This document shows positions 1 to 11,990 of a DNA stretch of 64,000 bases, one piece after another; within the stretch, counting starts at the first letter, position 1; each line of letters begins with the position of its first letter. The notes beneath the pieces are model-generated. The model made no database searches. It saw nothing but the letters and a program-made list of their open reading frames with translations, and had not been told where the DNA came from. Both the position numbers and the translations under genes were made by a program. Origin of the DNA: Felis catus (lineage: Eukaryota); the NCBI RefSeq assembly GCF_018350175.1, contig NC_058368.1, forward strand, positions 236,966,001 through 237,030,000. The letters are read 5' to 3'.

Positions 1-137
1 TACAAAATAAAGATGGAATTTATACTTCTCTCTTCAACGACTAGGCATGGCCCTCGCTAGTTCCTTGGATATTTTAAACAATCTTCAGTGTGTATTTTGT
101 GCTGTGTTCTAACTGTAGTTTCAGTGGGCTTACTTCT

Positions 138-357
138 GGGGCGTCTGGGGGCTCAGTCAGTTAAGCATCCAGTTCTTGGTTTTGGCTCAGGTCATGATCT
201 CACGGTTCATGGGTTTGAGCCCCACGTCGGGCTCTGTGCTGACAGCTCAGAGCCTTGAGCCTGCTCCCAATTCTGTTTCTCCCTCTATCTCTGCCCCCCA
301 CCAACTTGTTCTCTCTCTCTCTCTCTCTCTCAAAAATAAACATTAAAAAAAAGAAAA
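138..357 (+). mobile_element. Can-SINE (SINEC_Fc-like)
   Basis: GGGGCGTCTGGGGGCTCAGTCAGTTAAGCATCC tRNA-like head, (CT)n tract, AATAAA and A-rich tail. Confidence 0.95.
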
Positions 358-960
358 TCTAATTTAAAGAGCTTCTGCACAGCAAAGGAAACAATCAATG
401 AATTGAAAAGGCAACTTGCACAATGGGAGAAAAGATCCCCAGACCATATATTTGATAGAGGATTAAAAGCCAAAATATATGAAAACTCATGATGCTCAGG
501 AGTGAAAAAGCAATAATCCAGTTAAAAGTGTGCAGAGAACCTGTATAGACATTTTACCAAAGACAACATACGAATGGCCAATAGATGTATGAAAGGATGC
601 TCAACATCACTCATCTTCAGGAAAATACACATCAAAACCACAGTGAGATACCACCTCCTACCTGTTAGGATGGCTATTATGAAAAAGACAAGAGATAAGA
701 AATGTTGAGTACGTGCAGCAAAGGGAACCCTTTGCACTGTCGGTAAGAATGTAAAATGGTGCAGCCATTACGAAAAACAATATGGCGGTTCCTCAAAAAA
801 ACTAAAAAGTAAATTACTATATGATCCAGAAATCACATTTCTGGGTACATATCCAGAAGAATTAATATGAGGATCTTGAAGAGATATCTTCACCTCCCTC
901 CCCCCCACCATGTTCATTGCGCTATTATTCACCATAGCCAAGACACGGATACAACCTAAG

Positions 961-1001
<41 letters not shown>

Positions 1002-1092
1002 GAATGTTATTCAGCCATGAGAAAAAAGGAAATCCTACCATTTGCAACAACAGGGATGGACCTTGAGGGCATCATGTTAAGTGAAATAAATT

Positions 1093-1129
<37 letters not shown>

Positions 1130-1537
1130 CCAATACTGTATGACCTCATATATGTGTGGAATCTAAAAAACCAAACTCATAGAAACAGAGGGTCAGGATG
1201 GGGGCTTTCAGGGGCTGGGGTGGGGTGGGAATTGGAGAGATGTTGTTTGGGGGGACAAATTTGTAATTAGCAGATACATAAATTCAGGAAATCTAAAGCA
1301 GAGCATAGTGAATATAGTCAACAATACTATATTATAAACTTCAAAGTTGCTAAGAAACTAGATCTTAATCTTAACTAGATCAAAAAATAAGTGATAATTA
1401 TGGGATGTGATGGAGGTGTCAGCTGACAGTAAGGTGGGGATCATGTTGCAATACGTACATGCATCAAACCAATACAGTATACACCCTAAATGTGCACAAT
1501 GTTTTGTGTCAATTCTCTCTCAACCCCAAAATAAAAT
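358..1537 (+). mobile_element. LINE-1 3' fragment (ORF2 C-terminus and 3' UTR, L1MA-like)
   Basis: AAAGAGCTTCTGCACAGCAAAGGAAACAATCAA, TGCTCAACATCACTCATC and TTATTCAGCCATGAGAAAAAAGGAAATCC are typical of the L1 ORF2 end; L1MA-type 3' UTR; interrupted by (CA)n and (GA)n. Confidence 0.92.
964..999. repeat. (CA)n microsatellite
   Basis: Perfect AC dinucleotide run inside the L1. Confidence 0.97.
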
Positions 1538-2559
1538 GCATTCAGATGTAGCTCATACACGAAATAATGTGTGAAAAAAACCATATATGTTGAACTTTAA
1601 AGCCCCAGGTAAAGGATCTTACAGATCCATGCAGCCAAACCCAGGCTCGAAAGATGCTCCTGGTACCTGGCTAATCCTTTCCCAAGGATTGCTCCGTAAA
1701 GATCCCTGACTTCATCCATTCACCACAGCTCTTGGGAGACGGGACTCTTGCTTATTTACTGGAAGAAAAGAGCATTCTTCTCAGTATGTAAATATTACTG
1801 GAGTTAAGGCGTGTACACGGTGCTTATGGGTTGTCACAGAGCGGTCCTCTCGATTCAAAGACTTACATTTTGCCAGCTCCCAATACTGATGGTGACAGCA
1901 TCTGGAATCTGGTTTCGATGATGGCAGATACGTATGTAAATGGAAATATATGTTTCACGGCTCTAAGGGCGACGGGACATCCACAATGATGTGCACTCTC
2001 AGCAAGGAAGAGGTGATAAAAAGCCCCATGTAAAGAAAAGTGGATACAGGACCCTGGGATGTGGGATGAGGAATTCGGTGTAAGACAGGGCCGTGTCTGC
2101 CTAGTGGGGAAACCACCAGCTCGGGTCCGGGAAGGGGCAGACACAGAGTCTTACCCATGAACCAAACAGTTAATAAAAGTCACGTATGGATTTCATGAAG
2201 GTTTACGCAGTTCCAAGGTGGCCTGCATTTATAATAGGTCTGTAGATGCCTCTCACATCGCTTAACAGGGAAGAGTTGCAAAGCAGGAATATACAAAGAG
2301 CAGTTGGAAAGCAGTAAGCAACGTGGCTTGTGTGTGCCCCCCCCCCCCCCCACACACACACCGAGACCGCATCCTGGCCTGGACCCCGTGTCCACCTCCT
2401 TTCTGCGAGAGGCCGTGTGATTTCTGTCCTTCTTGGACACGGAGTCCAGAGAGGTCCTCACTGATTACATCCCAGTGTCGCAACCGTGGCTGGGGCATCC
2501 CGGCCCCGCTTTGCAGGAGTCCAAATAGTCCAGAATTAGAGCATTATTTCTATCTTTGC

Positions 2560-3560
2560 ATTGATTTTCGCCAGGCGCGTTTGAAATGATGTTGCCTGTT
2601 CAGTTGTTTGCACAAATAGGCAAAGAAAATCCCCCCAAATCACTCCACGTGGCAGAGGATTTATGAAACATGTGGACTGGATAAATACTTCCTGTTCCAA
2701 AAAAAAAAAAAAAAAAAAACCCAGGCAACTCCTAAATTGCCATTACAACACGCTAAGGCAGTTTAACTCAATTTAGCAACTAAGTCAATGTTTAGCCAAG
2801 CCGTCACGCGAGTGCCTTATTAAAATCCCCGTGGCTCTGGAGTGTCTGAGGTGGAAGGAAGGTTAAACTGCACATCAACGACTGAAGAAAGCCGAACGGA
2901 TGTGCAGCCCAATTAAACCTTCAGCCCTGCTTTCGCTCGTAAGTTCTTGGTGCTCCTTGATCCCCCTGGAACGCACCGCGAGGCAGCTCCAGAGTGGACC
3001 GCCGAGAACCTTTCATGCGGCGCCGCTGGCCCGGGGTCCGGCCGAGCCCTTCTGGGTGACAGGCGGCCGCTCCCTCTCTATTAATCATCGTCTGGCTCCC
3101 AACACCTGGGACTGACTCGGCCTCCCCCGGCTGCTATATTGACAATATTCCCTGTTGATTTCCTCATTTTCTCAGCCAAGGCGAGACTGACCTCTTTAAA
3201 ATTCTTTATAAACGTCAGTAATTGCTGCATCCAACTTCAATTCATTACTTTCCCAGGCCTCATGTATTTTGATGATATGAAAGTTGACCACATTTACATG
3301 CAAATTGAAGTTTTATATTAATAAGGGCCAGTGAAAGGAGATCGCATGGTAATGCTCCATTATGACTTTTAAATACATTTGCCCATGTCTCGGCTGGCAT
3401 TAGCATGGTCAGACCATGAGGAAATCATGTTGGTCTGATTGCAATTTTGTTTTCCAATTGAAAGTACAATTTCATCAGGTTTCCCTGTCATTTCTAATAA
3501 TGACTTAAGTTTGCCTGCTAAATTGGAGAATTTCTCCGGCCTTCGGATGGGCTGGGAAAC
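2560..3560. promoter_or_regulatory. Candidate conserved non-coding enhancer
   Basis: No recognisable repeat; rich in TAAT/ATTA; octamer ATGCAAAT at 3298-3305; TGACAG/CTGTCA motifs; CpG-rich patches nearby. Conservation not tested. Confidence 0.4.
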
Positions 3561-3763
3561 AGGTGAGGTGACAGGCGGCGCTTCAGCGTGAAATGCTTCG
3601 TCGCGGCGCGGCCACTGTCAGTCCCGTAGGCTCCTTCCGTGTCAGGAGCCAGATCACCGGAGGCTCCGTGCAGCAGAGGCTGATAATCCTCAGCACGTAA
3701 ACTTTTATCCTAGGACTCTGAGAGCCCAGCGACCCTGCGTTTGCTCATATACCTTTTATGTAC

Positions 3764-3965
3764 TTGTTTGTTTGTGTGTTTATTTATTTTTGAGACAGAG
3801 AAAGAGTGCAAACGTGAGGAAGGGAGTGGGGCAGAGAGAGAATCTTCAGCAGGATGCACACTCAGCATGGAGCCCGATATGGGGCTCGATCCCACGACCC
3901 TGAGATCACGACCTGAGCTGAAGTCAACAGTTGGATGCTGAACTGACTGAGCCCCCCAGGCGCCC
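3764..3965 (-). mobile_element. Can-SINE (older copy)
   Basis: TTTATTTATTTTTGAGACAGAG...GACTGAGCCCCCCAGGCGCCC is the reverse complement of a SINEC. Confidence 0.93.
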
Positions 3966-5003
3966 AGGTCCTATACCTTTAATGTAATGATGGATTGGAT
4001 GCTTATTTTTCCCCAGTGCAAGGCTGCTGGTTTCTGTCTCCTTCCATGTATTTGTACTTTGCAGCATTGAGGAGCTGATTACTTTTCTTCCCTCCTAGTA
4101 GATTATCTGCAGAAGCCGGGGACAGAGTTATGCATTACTGTCATGAGTAGAACTGTAAGACTCAGAACTTGATCAGAAACAGCTCTTCAGAAAGAGCATT
4201 TTTTCTGACTTACTCCCCATTAAATTGAATGTGGATTGTGTACCTACGATGAGTCAAGATGCTGAAAGAAAGGTACCGATAAAATCTTTGCACGGTGGAG
4301 CCCGAGACACTGAACGACAAGGAAGTCTAATTATAGAAATTCCCCGAGACTCTAGAACAACTGTTACGCTCTCCCATGATTCAGTTTACACAGTTGCAGA
4401 CTGGGAGAACGTGCATCTCTTTCGTCTCTCAACCTCATCGGGGCTCCACTAACTTACAAGGTACGATGGCACCGATGTTTGTCTCTTGTGAATGGTGATT
4501 TTGACGCTGGCTGATATTCTGGGTAAAAATACACACGTGCCAATGCGATGCCCCTTGCCATCACAGATATGCTATTAAATAGACTTAGGGCATATCACCT
4601 GACTTAGATGATACAATCACCTGTTAGCCAACAAATTCTTAGTGCATTCAACCTTTATCTGATCTGTTTTATCTCCACGGAGATAAGACACTGATGACAG
4701 ACTGAAGACGTGGAAGGCCACTGCATGGACAATAGGATTCTATTGTCTCCGACTGGTAGAGTAGATGCCCAGAGAACTGTCCACATCAGCGCCTTCCATT
4801 CTCAATCACTCCCTTTGGCAGTCTGCAGATAAGCATGATGCAATTTATAAACAAGTCCAGGATTCACAGAGAGCCAATGACACGCACACACAACACACTG
4901 ACTATTTACGTAAAAACAGAGAGGATTGCTTGTCCGCTGACTGGTTTCTGGTTTCAAAGTCAGGTTAGACCCAGTGTGCATGGTTTTGTTTACTGCCTTT
5001 TGA

Positions 5004-5220
5004 TTTTTTTTAATGTTTATTTATTTTTGAGAGAAAGAGAGACAGAGACAGAGCATGAGCAGGGGAGAGGCAGAGAGAGAGGGAGGCACAGAATCCGAAG
5101 CGGGCTCCAGGCTCCACGCTGTTAGCACAGAGCCTGACGTGGGGCTGGAACTCATGAACCGTGGGATCATGACCTGAGCCGAAGTCAGAGGCTTGACTGA
5201 CTGAGCCACGCAGGCACCCC
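5004..5220 (-). mobile_element. Can-SINE (SINEC_Fc-like)
   Basis: Full-length reverse-complement SINEC with (GA)n and T-rich tail. Confidence 0.96.
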
Positions 5221-5591
5221 CATTTTTTTTAATCTTAGTAACATCAAACACATTCTAAGGAAAATACGAGATAGGTTGTACTGAGCAATGGTACTTGATC
5301 GGGGGAAAGATGGAGTGTGGCCCCGTGGAGCTGGAGGAAGAGAAAAACTCAAACACTGATTTGCTTTGACAACCGATGTTTGAGTAATGATAAATGCTCG
5401 CGGATCAATGCAGCAAGTGGTGGGTACCATAAGCAGATGCCCACCTGCCACTGTGCGGACAGGTGTTTGTCATGCGCTTGTTCAAACAGTGGTTCTAACC
5501 TTTGCTTCGGGCTGCTAACTGAACATGCGGTGACTATGGATTTTCTCTCCAGGAAAAATCTTCACACGACATTGTGTGTGCAATTCCAAGA

Positions 5592-6088
5592 TGTGGAAGC
5601 AGAATAATGGCCCACCAGGAAAAGTCTCCATCCTAACCTTGGCACCTGCGAATGGATATGGTGCGTGGCAGAAGGGAGTCAAGGTTACAGATGGAATGCA
5701 TGTGCTAATAACCTGACCTTGAGATGGGGAGATTAGCCTGGATCACCTAGGTGGATCCAGTGTAATCATGAGTGTACTTAAAGGTGGAAGAAAAGGCAGA
5801 GGAGAGGGTCTGTGAAAGGGATGTGAAATCAGAAGCAAATGGACTGTACAGGAAGGGGCAGCCATCCAAGGAATGTCTCGGCCTCTAGAAGCTGGAAAAG
5901 GCGAGAAAATTGATTTTCTCCCAGATTCCCCAGAAAAGAGTGCAGCCCTGCTGATGCCATGATTTTAATCCGTCGAGACCGGCGTGGGCTTTCTAACATA
6001 CGGAACTGCAAGGTTATAAATCCGTGTTGTTAATTTTAGGCACAGGATTTATAGCAATTTGTTGTAGCACCAATAGAAAACTTCTATA
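5592..6088 (+). mobile_element. ERVL-MaLR solo LTR (MLT1D-like)
   Basis: Starts TGTGG..AGAATAATGGCCC; contains GACCTTGAGATGGGGAGATTAGCCTGGAT and CTCTAGAAGCTGGAAAAGGC; ends GCAATTTGTTGTAGCACCAATAGAAAAC. Confidence 0.88.
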
Positions 6089-6689
6089 ACTCTTGGAGGC
6101 CCATCCAATGAATGCTTTCTTGAGGCCTCGGCGAAGTGTAGATGTGGTGACTCTTTACAAACATACAACACAGTGGGATGAGCAAAACAGGTGTTCCCAA
6201 GAGCACCAAGAAAGCTCTGTGGAAGGCAGCACAGCGCACTCACTGTGGACACATTGCTTTAATGCCTACCCTGAACCCAGACCCATACAGGGGAGCGGGT
6301 CTCCTGTGTGGGAAGCCCACCCCTGGGAGGCAAGGATGAGTGGTCCTTTAACTCACCCCAATCCGCCGTGGGCACAGGAAATGTAAACGAAAATGAGCAA
6401 AACCCAACTTTGTAATTACCTGTGATGAGGGTGGCCAACTGACAATGGGGCCGACACAGTGCCTGGCTCAGTTCTCAGTGTTTGGACTCAGCATCCTTTT
6501 CGTTGCGCGTTAGCTTTTTAGTGTCTTCAGTTATGTAGACTGAGTTGGAAAGACCTCACCGGCAAGCACGTGCTCAGCGACTGGGGGAGCAGCGGTGAAC
6601 GCCAGGCACTCTCTTCCCTTCCTTCAGAGCTCAGCACACATCAGAAGCATCCTGCTTCATCAGACAGCACGGGCTGCCCCTTCTTGGTC

Positions 6690-7720
6690 TTTCTAGCCAC
6701 CTTCTCTCTGATCCTGAAGTCCTAGAAGAACCAAAGCGTGGGGTCTGGTCTTCTTCTCTACCAAGCATTTCTGCCTGTGGGACCAGACTTGCCCCCTGGT
6801 CTCATCGCCATCCAGGTGTTGAGCTGCAGAGTCAAAGTCAACTCACCCTGGGTGTCTCCGTCTGGGCACTGATATAATGAGCTGAGTCCCATCCCTCCCC
6901 TACAGCCGATTCTCTGCTGGGAACTCCCGCTTCAGGGAAGCCCACTGTCTCTCACCAATTCCTTATCTCAAGAACCTTAGAGATACCTTGGCTTTTCCTC
7001 ATTTCTTTGCCCTTATTCTACTTTGTCACAATCCCTCCCAACATTGCCCTCAGATGATCCAGATTCCTGCACTGCCCACCACTTCCTTCATCTGTTAGTG
7101 TCCAGACCCCACTGCTTCCTCACCTGAACCTAGGATGTCGCATGGGCCCTGCCCTGTCCATGCTCCTCTCAACATGTTGAGTCATCATCTGAAAAGTGAT
7201 CTGATGATGTCACTCCTCTGCCTCAGACCGCCCAGAACTAGAGCAGAAGTCAAGCCTCTGCTCTGTGTCACCCCCCACCCCCACCAGGATATCTCAACAT
7301 CCTCTTGGGTCATGTCCATTTTCATCGACTCCCATCCACTCTCACGTCCAGCACACCTGCTCACTCTCGGTGTCTTAGCCTTTGGCCGGTGGGGGGGGGG
7401 GGCAGACTCTCTTGCCTAAAATACCCTTCCTTCCCCCTGGTCTTCCTGGCTCTTTTAGGGCTCTCTTCGGATGTCCTCTCCCCAGAGAAGCCATCCACGT
7501 TTCCTCCATCTCGAATAACCCTGCCCATCTCATCACCTTCCCTGCTCTTAGCTCTTAGTTGGCTTGTCTTCCGTCATTGCACGAATGAGACCAGGTCACC
7601 TCATTCCTTCATCTGCCTCCCCATCAATCTCCAGTTGGTTCAGCCATACCACCTGCTCCAGGAGGGGGAACCCTATGGCACTTCTCCTCTGCTGCATTCC
7701 CAAAGCCCCATTCACAGAGA
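6690..7720 (+). mobile_element. Degenerate LINE-2 relic
   Basis: Pyrimidine-rich L2-like motifs such as CAAGAACCTTAGAGATACCTTGG and AAAAGTGATCTGATGATGTCACTCCTCTGCCTC. Confidence 0.55.
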
Positions 7721-8263
7721 GGACCCAGACTATATTGTGTGGTGTTATTGGGACATTGACAATGAACGTGCCTGCCTACAGGTGGCTTCTGGCAACACCA
7801 CAGTCCCTCCGAAGTGTGTGTGCCTGTGGGTATCCCACGAAAGCGGCTTTATAGGAGTACGTGTGATGGGGTTGAAATACAAGGGGTAGGAGTAGAACCA
7901 ATGACAGATCGGCCATTGTCTTCATGCCTCTGTCTCTACGCTTCCTTCATTCGAACAGCCCCCTCCACGCCTGTCTGCAAATGCTCCGGTCTCCACCGTT
8001 CTGCATCCAGGGTCCATGTGGTTTCCTCTGCTTCCCCCAGGTAGCAATTTCTCCTCCTGTCCAACCCACCCATGACTCCTTTGGGGTCTTAATCACCCTC
8101 CACCTGCATTTGTAGTGATTCTAGACAGCAAATCCTGCATATAGAATCCATATCAGACCACCCTGGGGCTGATTAAGTGCCCAAGAGTCATTCACTGAAT
8201 ATTTAAGGAATAAACCCATCAATTAACTGATAAGTCGTTTATGACATGTGTCTGCAAGGCACA

Positions 8264-8376
8264 GAGGGTGACCAACGGTCCCAGCTTGCCTGGGACTGTC
8301 AGCCTGTAGCACTGATCGTGTTGCTTTCCAAGCAATCCCCTCAGCCTGGGGCAAGCCGGAACCCCTGATCTCCCTA
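8264..8376. mobile_element. hAT-Blackjack MITE (MER81-like)
   Basis: About 113 bp bounded by AGGGTGACCA...TGATCTCCCT imperfect terminal inverted repeats, with internal TTGCCTGGGACTGTC. Confidence 0.75.
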
Positions 8377-9443
8377 AAGACATGTGGCCTTAATACCAGC
8401 CGGTTCCTGGCTCTACCCGGCAGGTTGCAGTAACTGCCCTATCATTTAGAAGATTCAGAAATGGGATGTTCTGCGTGTGTGAAATGATTTGTCAACTGAT
8501 GATCCATTTTCCCAGAAATGCAAACGGTCTTCCTCCCTGGAAAAACGGTATTTCACCCCTTCTGGGTCTGAATAAGCCACCAACAGTGAACTGTACTTTG
8601 TAGTGAGTCAGATAACAGAAAAGTCACTCCAAGAATGGTTCAGCTTGTTTTATTTACTTAAGTTTGTGCCGGAGACGAGAAGAGAGGCCGGGCCACACAT
8701 GAAGAGACTTTGGCTCCTGTTCGGATTATTTAAGGGACTTTAATTCTCCTCTTTTCGTCATGGGCAGGTGCTCAGAAGAGGGCTTTCCTCGGGAGCAGAC
8801 CATCTCAGCCTCTCTTTCCACCTTCTTTCCCCTAAAGCCTTTAAAAAAAAAAAAAAAGCCTTAATCAGAAGCACGATGTATAAAAACAAAGCCAGTGGCC
8901 CTGACGGACACTGAGTGGTGGGGTGGCCAGCCTCCCGGCCCCTGGCCTCCCCCAAGGGGACCCGGCCTGCAGTCCCCAACCCAGTCTAAACCCTCACACG
9001 GAGCGCATCTGGGGAGGGCCAGACGCAGGGGAGGAGGGCAGGTCTTTCCTGGCATCTGAACGGCCTGTACTTTCCTGTGGCCTCATCAGGGCCCATGCCA
9101 GGCAGAAAGAGCCACATGGTGTCGAAATCTTCTGACCTTGTTTTTGTGTGTCCATTCTCTTACCATTAACTCCCCCTCCACACACACACACAGGAAAATC
9201 TAAAACTTATCTCACGGGTTAAAGCATGAGGGAGAATAACGATTGTCTAAGCCGATTGTCTAAGGCTGTCGGCCTAATCCCTCCACGGAGGGATGTTGCC
9301 TTTACTGGGATAATTCAGGAGACAGAAAACACCCTGGGCAATCATTCTCCTTGACCAGATATCATTTAGTAAGAAAATTAATAACCTATCGACTTCTATA
9401 GGACCCCAGTGCAGGGTGTAGTGTGGCTGTAATTAGCTATAAT

Positions 9444-10139
9444 TTTTCTCCTTCCTTTCTTCCCTCCCTCCTCCCTTCCTACTTCCTTCTTTTCCTCTTC
9501 CCTCCCTCCTTCCTCCCCTCCTCCCTTCCTTCTTTCCTCCCTTCCTCCCTCCCTCCCTCCTTCCTACTTTCCTTCCTTCCTTCTTTTGTTCCTTCCTTCC
9601 TTCCTTCCTTCCTTCCTTCCTTCCTTCCTTCCTCCCTTCCCTCCCTCTTCCCTACTGGTTTCCTTCCCTTCCTCTTCTCTTCCCTCCCTCCTTCCTACCT
9701 TCTCACCTTCCTTCCTTCCTTCCTCCCTCCCTGCTTCCTACTTTCCCACCTTCCTACCTTCCTTCCCTCCCTCCTCCCTTCCTACTTCCTTCTTTTCCTC
9801 TTCCCTCCCTCCTTCCTCCCCTTCTCCCTTCCTTCTTTCCTCCCTTCCTCCCTCCCTTCCTTCCTCCCTCCTTTCCTTCCTACTTTTCTTCCTTTCTTCC
9901 CTCTTTCTTTCCTTCCTTCCTTCCCTCCCTCTTCCCTACTTGTTTTCTTCCCTTCCTCTTCTCTTCCCTCCCTTCTTCCTACCTTTCCACCTTCCTTCTT
10001 CCCTCCTCCTTCCCTTCTTTCCTTCCTTCCTTCCTTCCTTCCTTCCTTCCCTCCCTCTTCCCTATTTGCTTCCTTCCCTTCCTCTTCTCTTCCCTTCCTC
10101 CTTCCTACCTTCCCACCTTCCTTCTTTCCTCCCTTCCTC
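9444..10139. repeat. ~700-bp polypyrimidine (CCTT/CCCT)n tract
   Basis: Almost only C/T on the + strand, with internal repeated blocks. Confidence 0.97.
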
Positions 10140-10584
10140 AGGCACTGAAAGGTAGCAACAGGCAGCAATAGGGCTGAGAGCCCAGACTTTGTGTTTACCC
10201 TCCTTCCAGGCCAGTACAGAGTGAGCAGCTTGCGGGACAGGGACGGTTTCATTTTTGGCTCTGCTCTCAAGATAGCTCTACGTCTCCTCACTTGACTTTC
10301 CATTCTACGGACCACAAGAGAAAGCCAAACTTTGATTTTGGGGTTTCAATTCACTCCAACTGCCCACTGACGTTGGCCATGGCTACCCCTGCACCCTCCC
10401 TGTGTGGGACAAGCAGCTGATGGAAATATTTCCTCTGAGTCAGATAAGTGAATTTATTCAAAATCATTCAATTGTATTAAAAAAGTGAAACAAAATATTC
10501 TAACCAGTTGTTAAAAAATAGCTTGATAACGTGTTCCTCTCAGGATGCCACAAAATGTGGCTGAAGGCCTCCTGCACCCTGCAC

Positions 10585-11990
10585 GTCTCTGTGTCCTTGT
10601 TCACTTTCTTCCGCGTGGAGTTGCTCAGTCATGTGGTGCTTTTGTGGTCAGTTTTCCCTCAGGAGACAACACGCTGTTTGCCACAGCAGCTGTACCGCTC
10701 TGTGTTCTCACCACCAGCACAGGGAGGGGTGTCCCACTTGGTCCACATCATCACCAACACTGTTGCTAATGATAGCCATGCTAACCTGGGCACTGGTCTC
10801 TTGTGGTTTTGATGTGCCTGTCCTTGGAAACGTTGAGCGTCTTTTCAAGCGTCTGTTGGCCATCTGGATGTCTTCTCGGGAGAAATGTCCATTCAAGTCC
10901 TTTTTAATTGGGTTGTTTGTTACTGAGCTGTAGGAGTTCTTTATATATTAAGATAGTAACTCCTTACCAAATACACGATATGCAAATATTTCCGCCCAAT
11001 CTGTGAGTTGACTTTTTCACTCTGTTGATTGTACCCTTTTATGCAAAAAGTTTGTGTTTTTGTTTTGTTTCATTTTGCTTTGTTTTTTGATGGCTGAGGT
11101 CCTGAAGTCCACTGTGTCTGTATTTTCCTTTGTTACCTGTGCTATATCCAAGAAATCATTGCCAGCGTCAACGTCATGAAGCATTTTCCTGTCTTTTCGC
11201 TTACGAATTTTACACTTTGCTCTTATGTTTAGGTCCCTGATCCATTATGAGTTAATTTTTAAAGATGATGTAGGACAAATGTCTAATTTCATTTTCTTTC
11301 TGCATGTGGAAACCCAGTTCCCCCAGCACCATTTGCTGAAGATAGGGTTGTTCCCCCCGTTGAACTGGCTGGTCTCCTTGTTGAATCGTCTGACCACATG
11401 CACAAGAGTTCTTCCGGGCCCTCTGCTCTGCACCCTTGGTCTGTTGGTGTGTCTTCACGTCAGGGCCCCACTGTCTTTTTCCTTCAGCTTTGTAGTAAGT
11501 TTTGATTTTTCAAGATTATTTTGGTGCTCCAGGGTCTCTTGAGATTCCATACGAGTTTTAAGATGGATTTTTGTCATTCTTCAAAATGCGTTGTTGGGGT
11601 TTGGACTGGAACTTCACTGAATCTGTGCATTGCTTGGGGTAGTACTGACACGTCAATATTGTGTTCCGATTCTCGAAAATGGGCCGTCCTTCCAGGTACG
11701 TCTTTAATTTCTCTCAGCAATGTTTCGTAGCTTTCAATGTACAAATATTTCACCTCTCTGGCTAGGCTTGTTCCCAGGTATTTTATTCCTTTTGGTGCTA
11801 TTGCAAATGGAGTTGTTTTCCCAATTCCCTTTTCAGATTGTTCATTGTTAGTGTAGGGAAATGCAGTTGATTTTTGTGCATTGATTTTATATTCTGCAAA
11901 GTTGTTGAATTCATTTACTGGCTCTGGAAAGTTTTGGTTTTGTTTCTGCTCTATGGAATCTTTCAGGTTTTCTCTATACAAGATCATAGA
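10585..11990 (-). mobile_element. Decayed LINE-1 ORF2 fragment (L1M-type, internally deleted)
   Basis: Minus-strand peptides MILYRENLKDS..EFNNFAEYKINAQKSTAFPYTNNEQSE..IKYLG, FSKWCWGNWVSTCRKKMKLD and HFSREDIQMANR match L1 ORF2p; frameshifted. Confidence 0.93.

Noticed and set aside
2565..2586. E2F/CHR-like TTTTCGCCAGGCGCGTTTGAAA
   Set aside because: CDE/CHR elements act at transcription start sites; no promoter or gene is evident and the spacing is non-canonical
9423..10315. ORFs of 241, 189 and 177 aa
   Set aside because: Translations of the CT low-complexity tract (LPSF and EGRK repeats)
11574..11987. L1 ORF2-like 137-aa ORF as a functional reverse transcriptase gene
   Set aside because: Short frameshifted, internally deleted fragment of a dead L1; recorded as a mobile element
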